A DNA stretch of 33,875 nt from a virus (lineage: Duplodnaviria; Caudoviricetes), in IMG/VR virus record IMGVR_UViG_3300038520_000703, positions 1 through 33,875 of that record; one strand, given 5' to 3'. Below the pieces are notes generated by a model, which saw nothing but the letters and a program-made list of their open reading frames with translations, ran no database searches and was not told the DNA's origin. Shown one piece after another: positions 9,573 to 18,986 of the stretch (within the stretch, counting starts at the first letter, position 1; every line of letters begins with the position of its first letter). Made by a program: the position numbers and the translations under genes.

Positions 9573-10973
9573 TTATACTGTTGCAGTTTGTCTTGGTGGT
9601 TTTACCGCTTGATATGTGCTAAATGCAGCTCCCAGTCCTTGAGAAACTGGATCTACAGGCAATCTATATTGTGAGTCTATTACAGTTTGTTGTGCTCCAT
9701 ATCCAGGTAAAGATCTACCAACACTTGTAAGTAAATCAACTGGCCTATTTATTTGTCCCATTTGCCTTGCATATTGATCTCCAAACTGATCTAATGCTGC
9801 TCTTTGTGCCTCAGTAAAGCCTGATCTTCTAATATCTGATAATGATTCAGCTAAACCTCTGCCAAGTGCTTCTCTTCTTTCGTCAGCAGTTAATCTAGCT
9901 CTGGACCCAAAAGCTGATAAACCGCCTGTTTGTATATCTCGTGCTCTAGCCGCAATATCTTGTTTTTCACCAAAATCCATAACATCTTGTATAGTTTGTT
10001 GCACAACTCTATCTTCAAAAGGATTAAAAAATTGTTGAGTCATGCTTGGATCAAATTGTGTAGACGGTAACTCTGCGCCCATTACATTTTGAGTTGCCTG
10101 CTGTAATTGATTTATAAAACCAGGTTGATCAGTAGTACCAAAATAAAGTGCACGTAATAATGGGTCTGATAAAACTTCTCTAGCATCTTGTTGTGCTAAA
10201 ACAGGATCAATTTGAGGCCTGTAATCAGCAGGTGTTACAGTTGGGGGTACTGCCCCTACATCAGTCGCCACTGCAGCTGGCGTAGTAGGAGCAGGAATAA
10301 CTGGTTCTGCTACAACATTTCCTATTTCAGGACTTTGTTCTTGTGGTATTGATATTTTAGGATCTTCGCTAATTCTTTCAATAGAGGTTATACCGCCCCC
10401 TGGACCGCCTATAGACATAAAATCATCACGACTTGGAGGCATGGTTGGAGGAACAAACGGCACAGAAGCACCCACAGGCAAAGATCTCATAATTGGATCA
10501 TCTTCAACGATAGGTATTTCTACAGGTGGTTGTGGTGGCAAAACTTCTCTAGGTAGCTCTCTATCTACAATAGTTCTTGGTGGTACAAATATTTGTTGTT
10601 CTCTTATACTTTGTATAGGTAATTTTTCTAAAGGTGTCGGAGCTGGTATGCTTGGTGGTGTTATTGGAGGTGGCACAAAAGGTACTACAGGTGGTGCAAC
10701 TGGTGGTTGTGGTGGTAATACTGGAGTTATAGGCATAGGTATTTGCGTTGGTATTACAGGTTCTACAGGTGTTATACCTGGCACACCAACATTTTCAATA
10801 TTTTGTATGGACATAAAATCATCTCTTGGATCATCAAAAGGGAATCTCTCAAAAGGTTTTAATGGAGGTATTGGTTCAGGTATATTAGGCACTATTCTTG
10901 GTCTACCCATAGGAGGTCCAAAATCTCTTCTACCTCTTCTTCTTTCTCTTAGAACTTTTTTTAATAACCCCAT
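9573..10973 (-). CDS. Internal virion / DNA transfer protein with Pro-rich N-terminal half
   Basis: C-terminal QQFFNPFEDRVV...SAFGSRA motifs typical of phage DNA-transfer proteins; Pro-rich low-complexity N-terminus. Confidence 0.55.
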   Translation of the reverse strand: MGLLKKVLRERRRGRRDFGPPMGRPRIVPNIPEPIPPLKPFERFPFDDPRDDFMSIQNIENVGVPGITPVEPVIPTQIPMPITPVLPPQPPVAPPVVPFVPPPITPPSIPAPTPLEKLPIQSIREQQIFVPPRTIVDRELPREVLPPQPPVEIPIVEDDPIMRSLPVGASVPFVPPTMPPSRDDFMSIGGPGGGITSIERISEDPKISIPQEQSPEIGNVVAEPVIPAPTTPAAVATDVGAVPPTVTPADYRPQIDPVLAQQDAREVLSDPLLRALYFGTTDQPGFINQLQQATQNVMGAELPSTQFDPSMTQQFFNPFEDRVVQQTIQDVMDFGEKQDIAARARDIQTGGLSAFGSRARLTADERREALGRGLAESLSDIRRSGFTEAQRAALDQFGDQYARQMGQINRPVDLLTSVGRSLPGYGAQQTVIDSQYRLPVDPVSQGLGAAFSTYQAVKPPRQTATV

Positions 10974-10975
10974 AA

Positions 10976-12718
10976 TTAACTCATCATATCTTGATAGTTT
11001 TCAAAAAACTTCATTAACTTGTCGTTGTTTTTGAATCCTTGCTCTCTGTCTGGTTTACCTGTTGGAAAAATAGTAAGGCTATCTTTGTTTTTTTCTATTT
11101 TAAAACCGCCTAATCCTTTATTTGCTGCAGCAGTCATAACAAATTCTCCGTCAGATAACAAAGCAGGTATGTCGTCACTTGTTTCTGTACCAGGCCCAAT
11201 AGAGGGTCCGCCTACACGAAGATCAAGCTCTTGATTCATAGGACCACCTTCCGCCATACTTCTATTTAAATCTGCTATTTGTTTTGCTTGTGCAAGCAAA
11301 ATATTTTGGAAATTTCTTGATGGTTCATAATCTATATCTTTTACTGCCCTTGCAAAAGTAGTAAATTCACCTCCCATAATTAGACCGTGTTCAAATTTTT
11401 GTTTATCAATTTCATCTAGCCCTAAAATAGTTGCACTTGGATTTTCAGTAGCCAAAACTCTGTAAGCAAAAGATTCGTTATTAAGGTTTCTTTTATCTAT
11501 ATCAAATACTGCGTTTCCCATCTGCATGCCTGGTCTTACTCCAGCATCAAAGCCTTGGAATACTTGTTGCGGCATGAGATCTGGTCTTGTAGATAACCGT
11601 ATGTCACGTAGACCACCTTCTGTTTTTTCTGCGGCTTTTTTAGTTGCTAAACCGAAAAGAGCAGCTAGCCCCATAAGTCCAGTATTTTGACCACCAATAC
11701 CTTTTATTTTATCTTCTATACCTTTGATAGCACCTGGTGTTTTACTGCTACCAAAACCTACGCTTGGACCAGAGCTTCCACCAAAGCCAAATACATCACC
11801 TATACTCTTAATAATTTGGGGTGTTCGTCCTTGATCTCGAGGATCTCTTCTAAAAAATGATCCTATACCACTTGGTATGCTTTTTTGATAAGCTGTCATC
11901 ATTTCGCTCATCATATAACTTGGATCGTACTGATTACCTTGAGGATCTAGCATTAAACCTGGAAAATCAGGGTCATCTGTAAAAAAGTCATTAAATGCTT
12001 GTTGTTCATCTGGACTCATTTGTGACAAAATTTGAATTGGATTAGTTTGCCCACCACCAGATGTGAACTGAAAACCACCTCCAAACCCACCGCCTTGTCC
12101 TCCGACAGATGTTGGTAAAAAGGCACCAACTCCTTGTTGTGGCATCATTTGTGGTAAAAAAGCACCAACTCCTTGTTGTGGCATCATTTGTGGTGTCAGA
12201 CTACTTAACATTTGTTGTTTTGGTCTAAACATGCCACCAAGCCCTCTTCTAATACCTGGTCCAATTTTGCCGCCAAATATACCAGTAGTTCCTTTTGCTG
12301 GATTAAAAAATCCACTTAAACCAGCTCTAAATTTGCCGCCAGCTCCAAATATTTTTCCTGTTGTTGCTTTTGCAGCACCTTTTCCTAAAAATCCAGCCAA
12401 AGGACCTGCACCAGCAAACCCTGCTAATCCCGTAGCAACCAAGGCAACTGGTGCTACTTTTTTGACTACTTTTTTTATTTTTTTAAATAGTTTTTTTATA
12501 AAAAACTCTTGTAATCCAGTTTGCGGGTTTATAGAGGGACTACCGCCTACGATATATTGATTGGGGTTCATGCCTTGATTTATCATATCTTGCTCAACCA
12601 TCATTCTTGTAGTTGGCGATATTACTGGGGGTACGATCATTTCACCTGTTGCAACATGAGCTAGCTGATCGTCCTCGAATCTACCCATGTCTGCTAATTT
12701 TTGTACATTATATTCCAT
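10976..12718 (-). CDS. Internal virion / ejection protein
   Basis: LAHVATGEMIVP, SINPQTGLQEF and GPGTETSDDIPALLSDGEFV motifs (the last is shared with tape-measure and ejection proteins); Gly-rich. Confidence 0.6.
   Translation of the reverse strand: MEYNVQKLADMGRFEDDQLAHVATGEMIVPPVISPTTRMMVEQDMINQGMNPNQYIVGGSPSINPQTGLQEFFIKKLFKKIKKVVKKVAPVALVATGLAGFAGAGPLAGFLGKGAAKATTGKIFGAGGKFRAGLSGFFNPAKGTTGIFGGKIGPGIRRGLGGMFRPKQQMLSSLTPQMMPQQGVGAFLPQMMPQQGVGAFLPTSVGGQGGGFGGGFQFTSGGGQTNPIQILSQMSPDEQQAFNDFFTDDPDFPGLMLDPQGNQYDPSYMMSEMMTAYQKSIPSGIGSFFRRDPRDQGRTPQIIKSIGDVFGFGGSSGPSVGFGSSKTPGAIKGIEDKIKGIGGQNTGLMGLAALFGLATKKAAEKTEGGLRDIRLSTRPDLMPQQVFQGFDAGVRPGMQMGNAVFDIDKRNLNNESFAYRVLATENPSATILGLDEIDKQKFEHGLIMGGEFTTFARAVKDIDYEPSRNFQNILLAQAKQIADLNRSMAEGGPMNQELDLRVGGPSIGPGTETSDDIPALLSDGEFVMTAAANKGLGGFKIEKNKDSLTIFPTGKPDREQGFKNNDKLMKFFENYQDMMS
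12113..12194. repeat. 39-bp in-frame tandem duplication (about 2.1 copies)
   Basis: 12113-12151 and 12152-12190 differ by one base and encode (QMMPQQGVGAFLP)x2. Confidence 0.9.
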
Positions 12719-12738
12719 AGCTTTTACTAAGTTGTTTG

Positions 12739-12756
12739 TAGATACTTAAGTATCTA
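12739..12756. repeat. Perfect 18-bp intergenic palindrome TAGATACTTAAGTATCTA
   Basis: Read directly; lies between the stop at 12757 and the ATG at 12718. Confidence 0.85.
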
Positions 12757-13098
12757 TTATTTACCAAAATTAGCAAGTTTTATAGATGTGGCTCCGTTGT
12801 TTTTTACCGTAACCTTACCTACTGCACTTGTTGCTTGCAAACCATCATCTACAAGTCTTGTACCAATATCTATCCATTTGTTGCCTGTATACACTTGTAA
12901 TACTTCTAGTGTTGTATTCCAAATAATACTACCAGCATTAAAATTTATAGTATTTAGCTCATTTTCGCTTACTTGACGCGTATTGTCTAGGTCTACAGAC
13001 CCTAAATTTATTTCTAGTAATCTTACTAAACGGTTAAATATATTAGGATCTACCTCATTTTGTGCTATGGGTAGCTGAGTTTGAAGAAGCTTACTCAT
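12757..13098 (-). CDS. Putative virion/tail-associated protein
   Basis: Coupled (ATGA) to the nozzle gene; LP.A..E.D...FN.L.R.LE pattern. Confidence 0.5.
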   Translation of the reverse strand: MSKLLQTQLPIAQNEVDPNIFNRLVRLLEINLGSVDLDNTRQVSENELNTINFNAGSIIWNTTLEVLQVYTGNKWIDIGTRLVDDGLQATSAVGKVTVKNNGATSIKLANFGK

Positions 13099-14963
13099 CT
13101 TTTACCGTCTGATTTTATATCTATTCTTGTAGCTCCTAAACGCCATCCTATTGATAAATTACCATCATTTGTTGCATCATCATTACTTTCAATACGTAAT
13201 GCCATTTGTCTTGCTCTAGCACGTATATGTGACTGTTGTGTTGTACTAGAGACTTCATTTGTCGAGTTTGTAGTTAAAGAGTCGCCTGGAAAGTTTCTTG
13301 TTTTTACAACTACATTTACGCTCCCATTATTGGAATCTTCAATAAATTTAAAGTCAGGAATTATTCTTCTTGCAAAAACAAACTTTTCTCCATCATCTAA
13401 ATCAAAGTCTGAACTTTCTATAAATACTCCAGTCATAGGTGAACCATCATCATTAAAACCAATTTCTTGTTTAAATAAGTAACCACCATTTACTGCTCTT
13501 GGGTAATTTTCTATACCAGAATCTAACCAAGCAGTTCTTACTAATTGACCATAAAACCATAATTCTTCTGCATAATTATAAATTACATATCTGTCAATTT
13601 CGCTAGAGCTACTAGAACAATAAAACCAACCTACTTCGTTTTTATCTTTTATAGTAAAAGCGTTAATTTTAAATGATTGTGTAAGGTTTATATCACCAAA
13701 TACATAGTTATGAACCGAACAAGGTAATGTTTGTACTGCCCCGTTGTATGCATAAAAATTGTTGTAACTCATAAAAAATACAGCTGAGGGTGTTGTTATT
13801 GCAGCGTTAGGACCGACTAAGCCTGTACCTTCGTTAATTAAATTTATTGCAAAAGTAAAAGGAGGCCCAACAAACTGCATACTGTATAAAGCTGTATCAG
13901 TCCAAACTAATATTTCTTGTCTCGATTTAACCGCTCCAATAATTGAGGATCCAGATGATAATCGTAAGGATCCTGCTGTATTAGTTGTAAGCGGCTCAAA
14001 TTCTAATTCATTTTCTTGATCGCTAAAAGCTATTAACATAGGATCAATTGTTCCAGTTCTACTTGTACCAGAAATAGGGTCTGCACCTAATACAATCAAA
14101 TGTCTATCAACCTCTGATGTTATTACTTGTAAACCTTTAGTTGGAACTAAGTTTGCCCCTGTTATGCCAGATAATTCTACTGCTCTAGTAGATACGCCAT
14201 TGTTTTCTGTCCACTTATAAATGCCGCCATTTCTAGGATTAATAATTAAATCCTCACCAAAGTTATCATGTGTCCATAATCGTAATTGGTTTGTATCACT
14301 TAATGAAGATGTGCTACCAAAAGTGCCCTCGCCCCAACCATCTATACCCCATCCAGTACCAGGCACATAAACATCTAAGCCTACATTTATTTGATATGTT
14401 CCAACAACAGATGAACCACCATTACCACTGTCTGATGCGTTTGCAGTTACAGTAGAACCTGAAGTATCTTTTGCTTCTACTGTATAACTATTAGCATTTA
14501 CTATAGTAGCTATTTGATATTCTTGATTTAGTACGGCTGCTGTTATGTTACCGCCTAGCGTAGCTGCTCCACTAAAAGTAACAAAATCATTTTGTACAGC
14601 TCCGTGTGATGTGTCTGTTACAGTTATAGTTGCATCACCATTACTAGCTGAAAAAGTTACATCTCCTGCTGATGTGGTAGACCTTATAGGTGTTATATCA
14701 TTAAAAACCGTACCACTTTCAATATAGTATTTTAAATGTGTGCCTAAACCTAAATATTTTGTTCCTCCTAGAGAAATCCAACCGTGTAAAGCTCTTGCAG
14801 TACCCTCGTAAGTAGCAGAACTAAGTTTTTCCCAACCACCAAATTTTTCTGGTCTACCTTTACGAAAACGAACTAAATTACAATCAAACCAGCCTCCCTC
14901 ATTATCATAAGCAGTACCCTCTCTGTTTATGCCTGGTCTAAATATTGTTTTTTTCAAGGGCAT
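13095..14963 (-). CDS. Tail nozzle / packaged DNA stabilisation protein (P22 gp10-like)
   Basis: 622 aa beta-rich protein; N-terminal PGINRE..Y..EGGW.D...VRFR.G.PEK.GGW; C-terminal WRLG..RID...DG.R; precedes the ejection genes. Confidence 0.65.
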   Translation of the reverse strand: MPLKKTIFRPGINREGTAYDNEGGWFDCNLVRFRKGRPEKFGGWEKLSSATYEGTARALHGWISLGGTKYLGLGTHLKYYIESGTVFNDITPIRSTTSAGDVTFSASNGDATITVTDTSHGAVQNDFVTFSGAATLGGNITAAVLNQEYQIATIVNANSYTVEAKDTSGSTVTANASDSGNGGSSVVGTYQINVGLDVYVPGTGWGIDGWGEGTFGSTSSLSDTNQLRLWTHDNFGEDLIINPRNGGIYKWTENNGVSTRAVELSGITGANLVPTKGLQVITSEVDRHLIVLGADPISGTSRTGTIDPMLIAFSDQENELEFEPLTTNTAGSLRLSSGSSIIGAVKSRQEILVWTDTALYSMQFVGPPFTFAINLINEGTGLVGPNAAITTPSAVFFMSYNNFYAYNGAVQTLPCSVHNYVFGDINLTQSFKINAFTIKDKNEVGWFYCSSSSSEIDRYVIYNYAEELWFYGQLVRTAWLDSGIENYPRAVNGGYLFKQEIGFNDDGSPMTGVFIESSDFDLDDGEKFVFARRIIPDFKFIEDSNNGSVNVVVKTRNFPGDSLTTNSTNEVSSTTQQSHIRARARQMALRIESNDDATNDGNLSIGWRLGATRIDIKSDGKR

Positions 14964-14965
14964 AT

Positions 14966-15421
14966 TTAAACCTCATGCCATTCTTTGCCTTCATATAATA
15001 AGGACTCTGCTTCTCTTCTTCTAACAAGACCTTCTAACACTTGCCTTTCCCCATTTACAGTAGCTTTGTTCCATCTTTTCATTTGTGGAACTACCTCATC
15101 ATATTCTTGATTATTTAATTTTTTTAACATAGTTGAAGAGTTAAGATTACCTATACCCAAATTAAAAGTCCATGATACCAAAGCATCAAACTGACATTGA
15201 ACCATAGACCTTTTTACAGCATCATTTACAGCTTTTTCAAACACTTCTACATCTTTTAATAATAGTTCTTCGGCTTCTTCTTGGGTAATTTTATCGCCTT
15301 CTTTTACACCTTTAGTTGATCCGTAGCCTATTGTCCAAACGCCAGCAGCGCATTTATAAGCTTCAAGCTTACAACCCTCAAACTTTTTAATTAAAGTTAA
15401 TCCTTCTTTTGATATATTCAT
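14966..15421 (-). CDS. Endolysin, GH24 phage lysozyme
   Basis: FEGCKLEAYKCAAGVWTIGYG, QFDALVSWTFNLG and GLVRRREAE. The ATG at 15421 after AAGGAG is preferred over 15478. Confidence 0.93.
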   Translation of the reverse strand: MNISKEGLTLIKKFEGCKLEAYKCAAGVWTIGYGSTKGVKEGDKITQEEAEELLLKDVEVFEKAVNDAVKRSMVQCQFDALVSWTFNLGIGNLNSSTMLKKLNNQEYDEVVPQMKRWNKATVNGERQVLEGLVRRREAESLLYEGKEWHEV

Positions 15422-15422
15422 A

Positions 15423-15902
15423 TCACTCCTTTTTATCGTTAGTGTGAGATGCTCCAAAATAGAACGAAATAATTGCACTTGCTAATCCTCCAAGATAACC
15501 TAGAACTAAATTAATGAGTGCTTCAGAGTTTTGTTCAGGCGGTTGAAGTGTTACTAAAAAAATATAACCAAGAAACCCACCTATAGTAAATAAACCTATA
15601 ATACGAGCAGTCCAATCTTTACTAAACAAACCTCTTGCGTGTTGTTTATCTTGTGTTTCTAACTCAAAGACTTTAACACCTAGCTCTTCCATCTGTACTT
15701 CAAACTCTTGTTCTGCTTTTTTAAGTTCCATCATTTGTTCTGGTGTAGCGTTTTGTATTGCTTGTTGCACAGATTTTTGGTCGTTAGATACGCCTAATAC
15801 TTCAGCTATTTTATTCATAGCCATATTACCTAATGGGCCTCCCATAGCAGATCCTAGTGTTGGTGCTACAGCTCCAACTATATTTTTTAACAATCCTTTC
15901 AT
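15423..15902 (-). CDS. Putative holin (3TM / GTA-holin-like)
   Basis: VAPTLGSAMGGPLG N-terminus, two C-terminal TM segments ending ISFYFGAS; directly upstream of the lysozyme. Confidence 0.7.
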   Translation of the reverse strand: MKGLLKNIVGAVAPTLGSAMGGPLGNMAMNKIAEVLGVSNDQKSVQQAIQNATPEQMMELKKAEQEFEVQMEELGVKVFELETQDKQHARGLFSKDWTARIIGLFTIGGFLGYIFLVTLQPPEQNSEALINLVLGYLGGLASAIISFYFGASHTNDKKE

Positions 15903-16114
15903 ATTAATATACTCGTTAATACAGCTATACCAATCGCACCAAGGAAACCAAACACCCCAAAGGTGGCTGCTTTCATAGTTGAATTAATATAGGTTATTTC
16001 TAGTTTTATATCAGAAAACTCATTAAATGCAGTTTTCCAACGCTCATGTGATATTGTTTCTAACTTAGTTAGTCTTTCTGCTACATCATTTACTGTCATT
16101 TTTTTATTAACCAT
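15899..16114 (-). CDS. Small coiled-coil protein with C-terminal TM segment (XhlA-like, lysis-associated?)
   Basis: 71 aa, hydrophobic C-terminus, overlaps both neighbours. Confidence 0.55.
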   Translation of the reverse strand: MVNKKMTVNDVAERLTKLETISHERWKTAFNEFSDIKLEITYINSTMKAATFGVFGFLGAIGIAVLTSILI

Positions 16115-17867
16115 TTTGTAATGTATATATTTTAATAGGCTTTTTCTTGCCTTTTACAAAAATACTATCAAGCTCTTTTAACATAATTTGTTCGCTAAAT
16201 GAACTAGATTTAATAGTATCATAACCTATTACAATATCTTCTCCAACTTCCTTTGTCGAGCTTTCTAATCTTGCGGCTAAATTTACAGCGTCACCAATAG
16301 CAGAATAATCAAACCTTGTATCACTACCCATGTTACCAACTACAGCGTATCCAGTGTTGATACCGACCCCTATTTCAACACCTAAATTAGCATTTTTTAC
16401 TTTATCTTGTATTTCTTTTGCACATAATACTGCAGCTGTTTCATGATCTAAAACATCCACTGGTGCATTAAATATAGCCATCATAGCGTCACCTATATAC
16501 TTATCTACCATACCGTCATAAAATTTAACCGTATCTGCTTGTATAGTAAGCACTTTATTCATAATTTTTGTTACCTCCTCTGGCTCTAGTTTTTCAGATA
16601 GGGCTGTAAAACCACGCACATCCGTAAAAAGAAAAGTACAATATTTACGCTCTCCACCCAAAACCAAAGAATCTGGATTGTCTTGTAAATGTTTGACTTG
16701 TCTTGGATCTAAATAGTGTTCAAATTGTTTTTTTATTTGTTGTCTTAATTTGTACTGTTGTCTAAAACGTAAGTAAAAAGCCGTAGAGCCTGCTATAAAT
16801 TCAGATATTATTGTCCAAGATACATCAATTAATGTGCCTTGTTTTATTATATATACACCTCCTATACCTGTGCTCAACATAAATATGATTGCAATACAAA
16901 CACCCCACGTTATACCAAAGTAATGTATTGCAAACCAAACTAAACTTACAAATACTATTAATATTAAAAGTTCTGCTGCTAATGACCAATCAGGTATAAA
17001 AGGTGAATTTTCTATTAATATGCTTTCTGCTAATGCTGCTTGTATTTTATGTGGTTCTAATAATCCAACTGGAGTAGCAATTTGCGGCATTACACCGTTT
17101 GCAGTAACACCTACAAACACAAATTTACCATTAACATTCATTTCTTGTAAGTCTGTTTGTGGTGTATCTACCCAACTAATCCATTTACGGCCAAAACTAT
17201 CTGTTTTTACTGGTGGTATTCCCCTTATAGATATTTCTGATATACCATTATCATTAGTTTTTATAATGTATGTTTTTACGTTAAATAATGATTTGTATAT
17301 TTGTGTTCCAAAACTAGGTATCCATTCATCATTAGGTGTTTTAACTAAAAGCGGTATTTTACGAACAAGTAAATCTACATCAGTAGGAGCAACAGCCAAA
17401 CCTTGTAGAACGTGATTGGATATTGAGGGTAGATTTGACTTTACTCCTGTAGAAATTATACCACCTTTATCTTCGCCAAGCACTACAGTTCCAGGAGACG
17501 CAGGGTAATTTCCTTTACCATCTTCAAACATAGCTATAACAGATGGTGCATAACCTAAAGATCTAGCAAAATCTTCATCACCACCCATTCTGTCTGCTTG
17601 TGGAAAACTTATTACCCATCCCACACCCAAGGCACCTTTACCTATCATTTCTAGTTGTATTTCTGCAAGTATTTGTCTAGGTAAGGGCCAACCACCCTCT
17701 CTTTCTACATCTTCTTCTGTAATATTTAAGATTACAAAGTTACCTGATGGATCTGGAGTTTCTATAAAAGTATCAAAAGTTTTTAATTTTAAAATTTCTG
17801 TAGGCTTAGACTGAAATATTAGAGGTAAACTTAGTAATATAAGTAATGGTAATATTAATCGCTTCAT
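16107..17867 (-). CDS. CHASE2-domain membrane class III adenylate cyclase
   Basis: N-terminal TM, CHASE2 (ITEEDVEREGGWPLPR), three TMs, then FTDVRGFT, VDKYIGDAMM, GNMGS..RFDY and GDAVNLAARLES. Confidence 0.93.
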   Translation of the reverse strand: MKRLILPLLILLSLPLIFQSKPTEILKLKTFDTFIETPDPSGNFVILNITEEDVEREGGWPLPRQILAEIQLEMIGKGALGVGWVISFPQADRMGGDEDFARSLGYAPSVIAMFEDGKGNYPASPGTVVLGEDKGGIISTGVKSNLPSISNHVLQGLAVAPTDVDLLVRKIPLLVKTPNDEWIPSFGTQIYKSLFNVKTYIIKTNDNGISEISIRGIPPVKTDSFGRKWISWVDTPQTDLQEMNVNGKFVFVGVTANGVMPQIATPVGLLEPHKIQAALAESILIENSPFIPDWSLAAELLILIVFVSLVWFAIHYFGITWGVCIAIIFMLSTGIGGVYIIKQGTLIDVSWTIISEFIAGSTAFYLRFRQQYKLRQQIKKQFEHYLDPRQVKHLQDNPDSLVLGGERKYCTFLFTDVRGFTALSEKLEPEEVTKIMNKVLTIQADTVKFYDGMVDKYIGDAMMAIFNAPVDVLDHETAAVLCAKEIQDKVKNANLGVEIGVGINTGYAVVGNMGSDTRFDYSAIGDAVNLAARLESSTKEVGEDIVIGYDTIKSSSFSEQIMLKELDSIFVKGKKKPIKIYTLQNG

Positions 17868-18986
17868 TTAATCACTTTGAGTGATAGTAATAATGCTATC
17901 ACTCCCTCCGTTGATTTTTATTATATTAGAAACTCCATCTTGAATCAAAATAACCGTATAAGCATTACTACCGTTTAAGTCTACTCTAACGCTTTCATTA
18001 ACCTCTCTCCGCAAGCTTACTACATTTCCTGTAATTAAAGCTGTTATTTGTGTATCTGGATCTTTTCCTAGTAAAGTTCCTGATATTTGTGTGCTAGTAG
18101 CTTGAGCTAATACATCTTCTTCTTCATCTATTGCTAATGCATCTAATACATTTAATAAATCTTCTAGGTAATTTACATCAAGATAATTTATATCTAGTTC
18201 GGTAAATTCAAGACTATCTTCTTTTAAATAATCTTCTGCAAGATAATCTATATCAAGATCATTAAAATCTAATACACTATCTACTCGCGTAGTAGTGGCT
18301 TCTTCTTCTACTAACACCTCCTCTTTTGGCGGAGTAACAATAAGCATGTTATCTATTACATCAAGTGTTAGGTCTAAAATTACAGGTTTGGTTGGAGCTG
18401 ATTCAAATACGCTTACTGTAGTAGCTTCATAGGGCTTATTTAGTATAACAGTGCCCATAGCTGTAACCACCTCTATTTCGCCACTAGAGAGTCCTAGAGC
18501 GTCTGGTAGCAAAATTATAAGGCTACGTCCCAGTTCATCAACTGTAGCCGTAAAATCAGTCCCACGTATTGCTATATTAGCTGTTGGTGTTTTAAGAGTT
18601 ATGTTTTGTTTATCTATACGGTTAAGATTGCCCGTAATAAACCTAGCTGTGCCAAGCCCAAAGGTAAGAGCCATTTTTGCTTTACTTGGGTCTGGATCAT
18701 ATATGTACTCGTCAATAAGTAGCTGACTATGTTCTGTAAGCTTTACAGTAGAATCATCAAGAAAAGTAATAGCCATACGGCCATCTTTAGTTATAGCTTC
18801 ATCATTACTTTGTATAGCAAATTTTAAATCTGCATTATAAGCTTTGTCTCTGACAATTTGAGCCGTACCTTTTAATTCAGATATGTCTCCAATATCAACA
18901 GCTTGTGCTTGTACCTTGGTCGTTTTGAACAACACAAACGGTAGAAGCAGCAGTGCCAGAAACGGATATGATCTTAAGCCAGTCAT
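17868..18986 (-). CDS. Exported FecR-domain protein with acidic linker and curlin-like C-terminus
   Basis: Signal peptide ending AQA; FecR motifs ITFLDDSTVKLTEHSQLLID and TPTANIAIRGTDF. Confidence 0.85.
   Translation of the reverse strand: MTGLRSYPFLALLLLPFVLFKTTKVQAQAVDIGDISELKGTAQIVRDKAYNADLKFAIQSNDEAITKDGRMAITFLDDSTVKLTEHSQLLIDEYIYDPDPSKAKMALTFGLGTARFITGNLNRIDKQNITLKTPTANIAIRGTDFTATVDELGRSLIILLPDALGLSSGEIEVVTAMGTVILNKPYEATTVSVFESAPTKPVILDLTLDVIDNMLIVTPPKEEVLVEEEATTTRVDSVLDFNDLDIDYLAEDYLKEDSLEFTELDINYLDVNYLEDLLNVLDALAIDEEEDVLAQATSTQISGTLLGKDPDTQITALITGNVVSLRREVNESVRVDLNGSNAYTVILIQDGVSNIIKINGGSDSIITITQSD

Noticed and set aside
9532-9573. TAATG-coupled 13-codon ORF and A-run suggesting a frameshift into the 528-aa gene
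   Set aside because: No canonical slippery heptamer is in frame, and the ATG at 9541 has a plausible GGA upstream.
15330-15385. Cys in place of the catalytic Asp in the lysozyme E-x8-D-x5-T motif
   Set aside because: This is a common variant in GH24 phage lysozymes and not evidence of inactivation.
16107-17867. Pycsar/CBASS-type defence cyclase
   Set aside because: The CHASE2 plus TM sensor architecture, ATP-specifying residues and absence of an adjacent effector fit a signalling cyclase instead.
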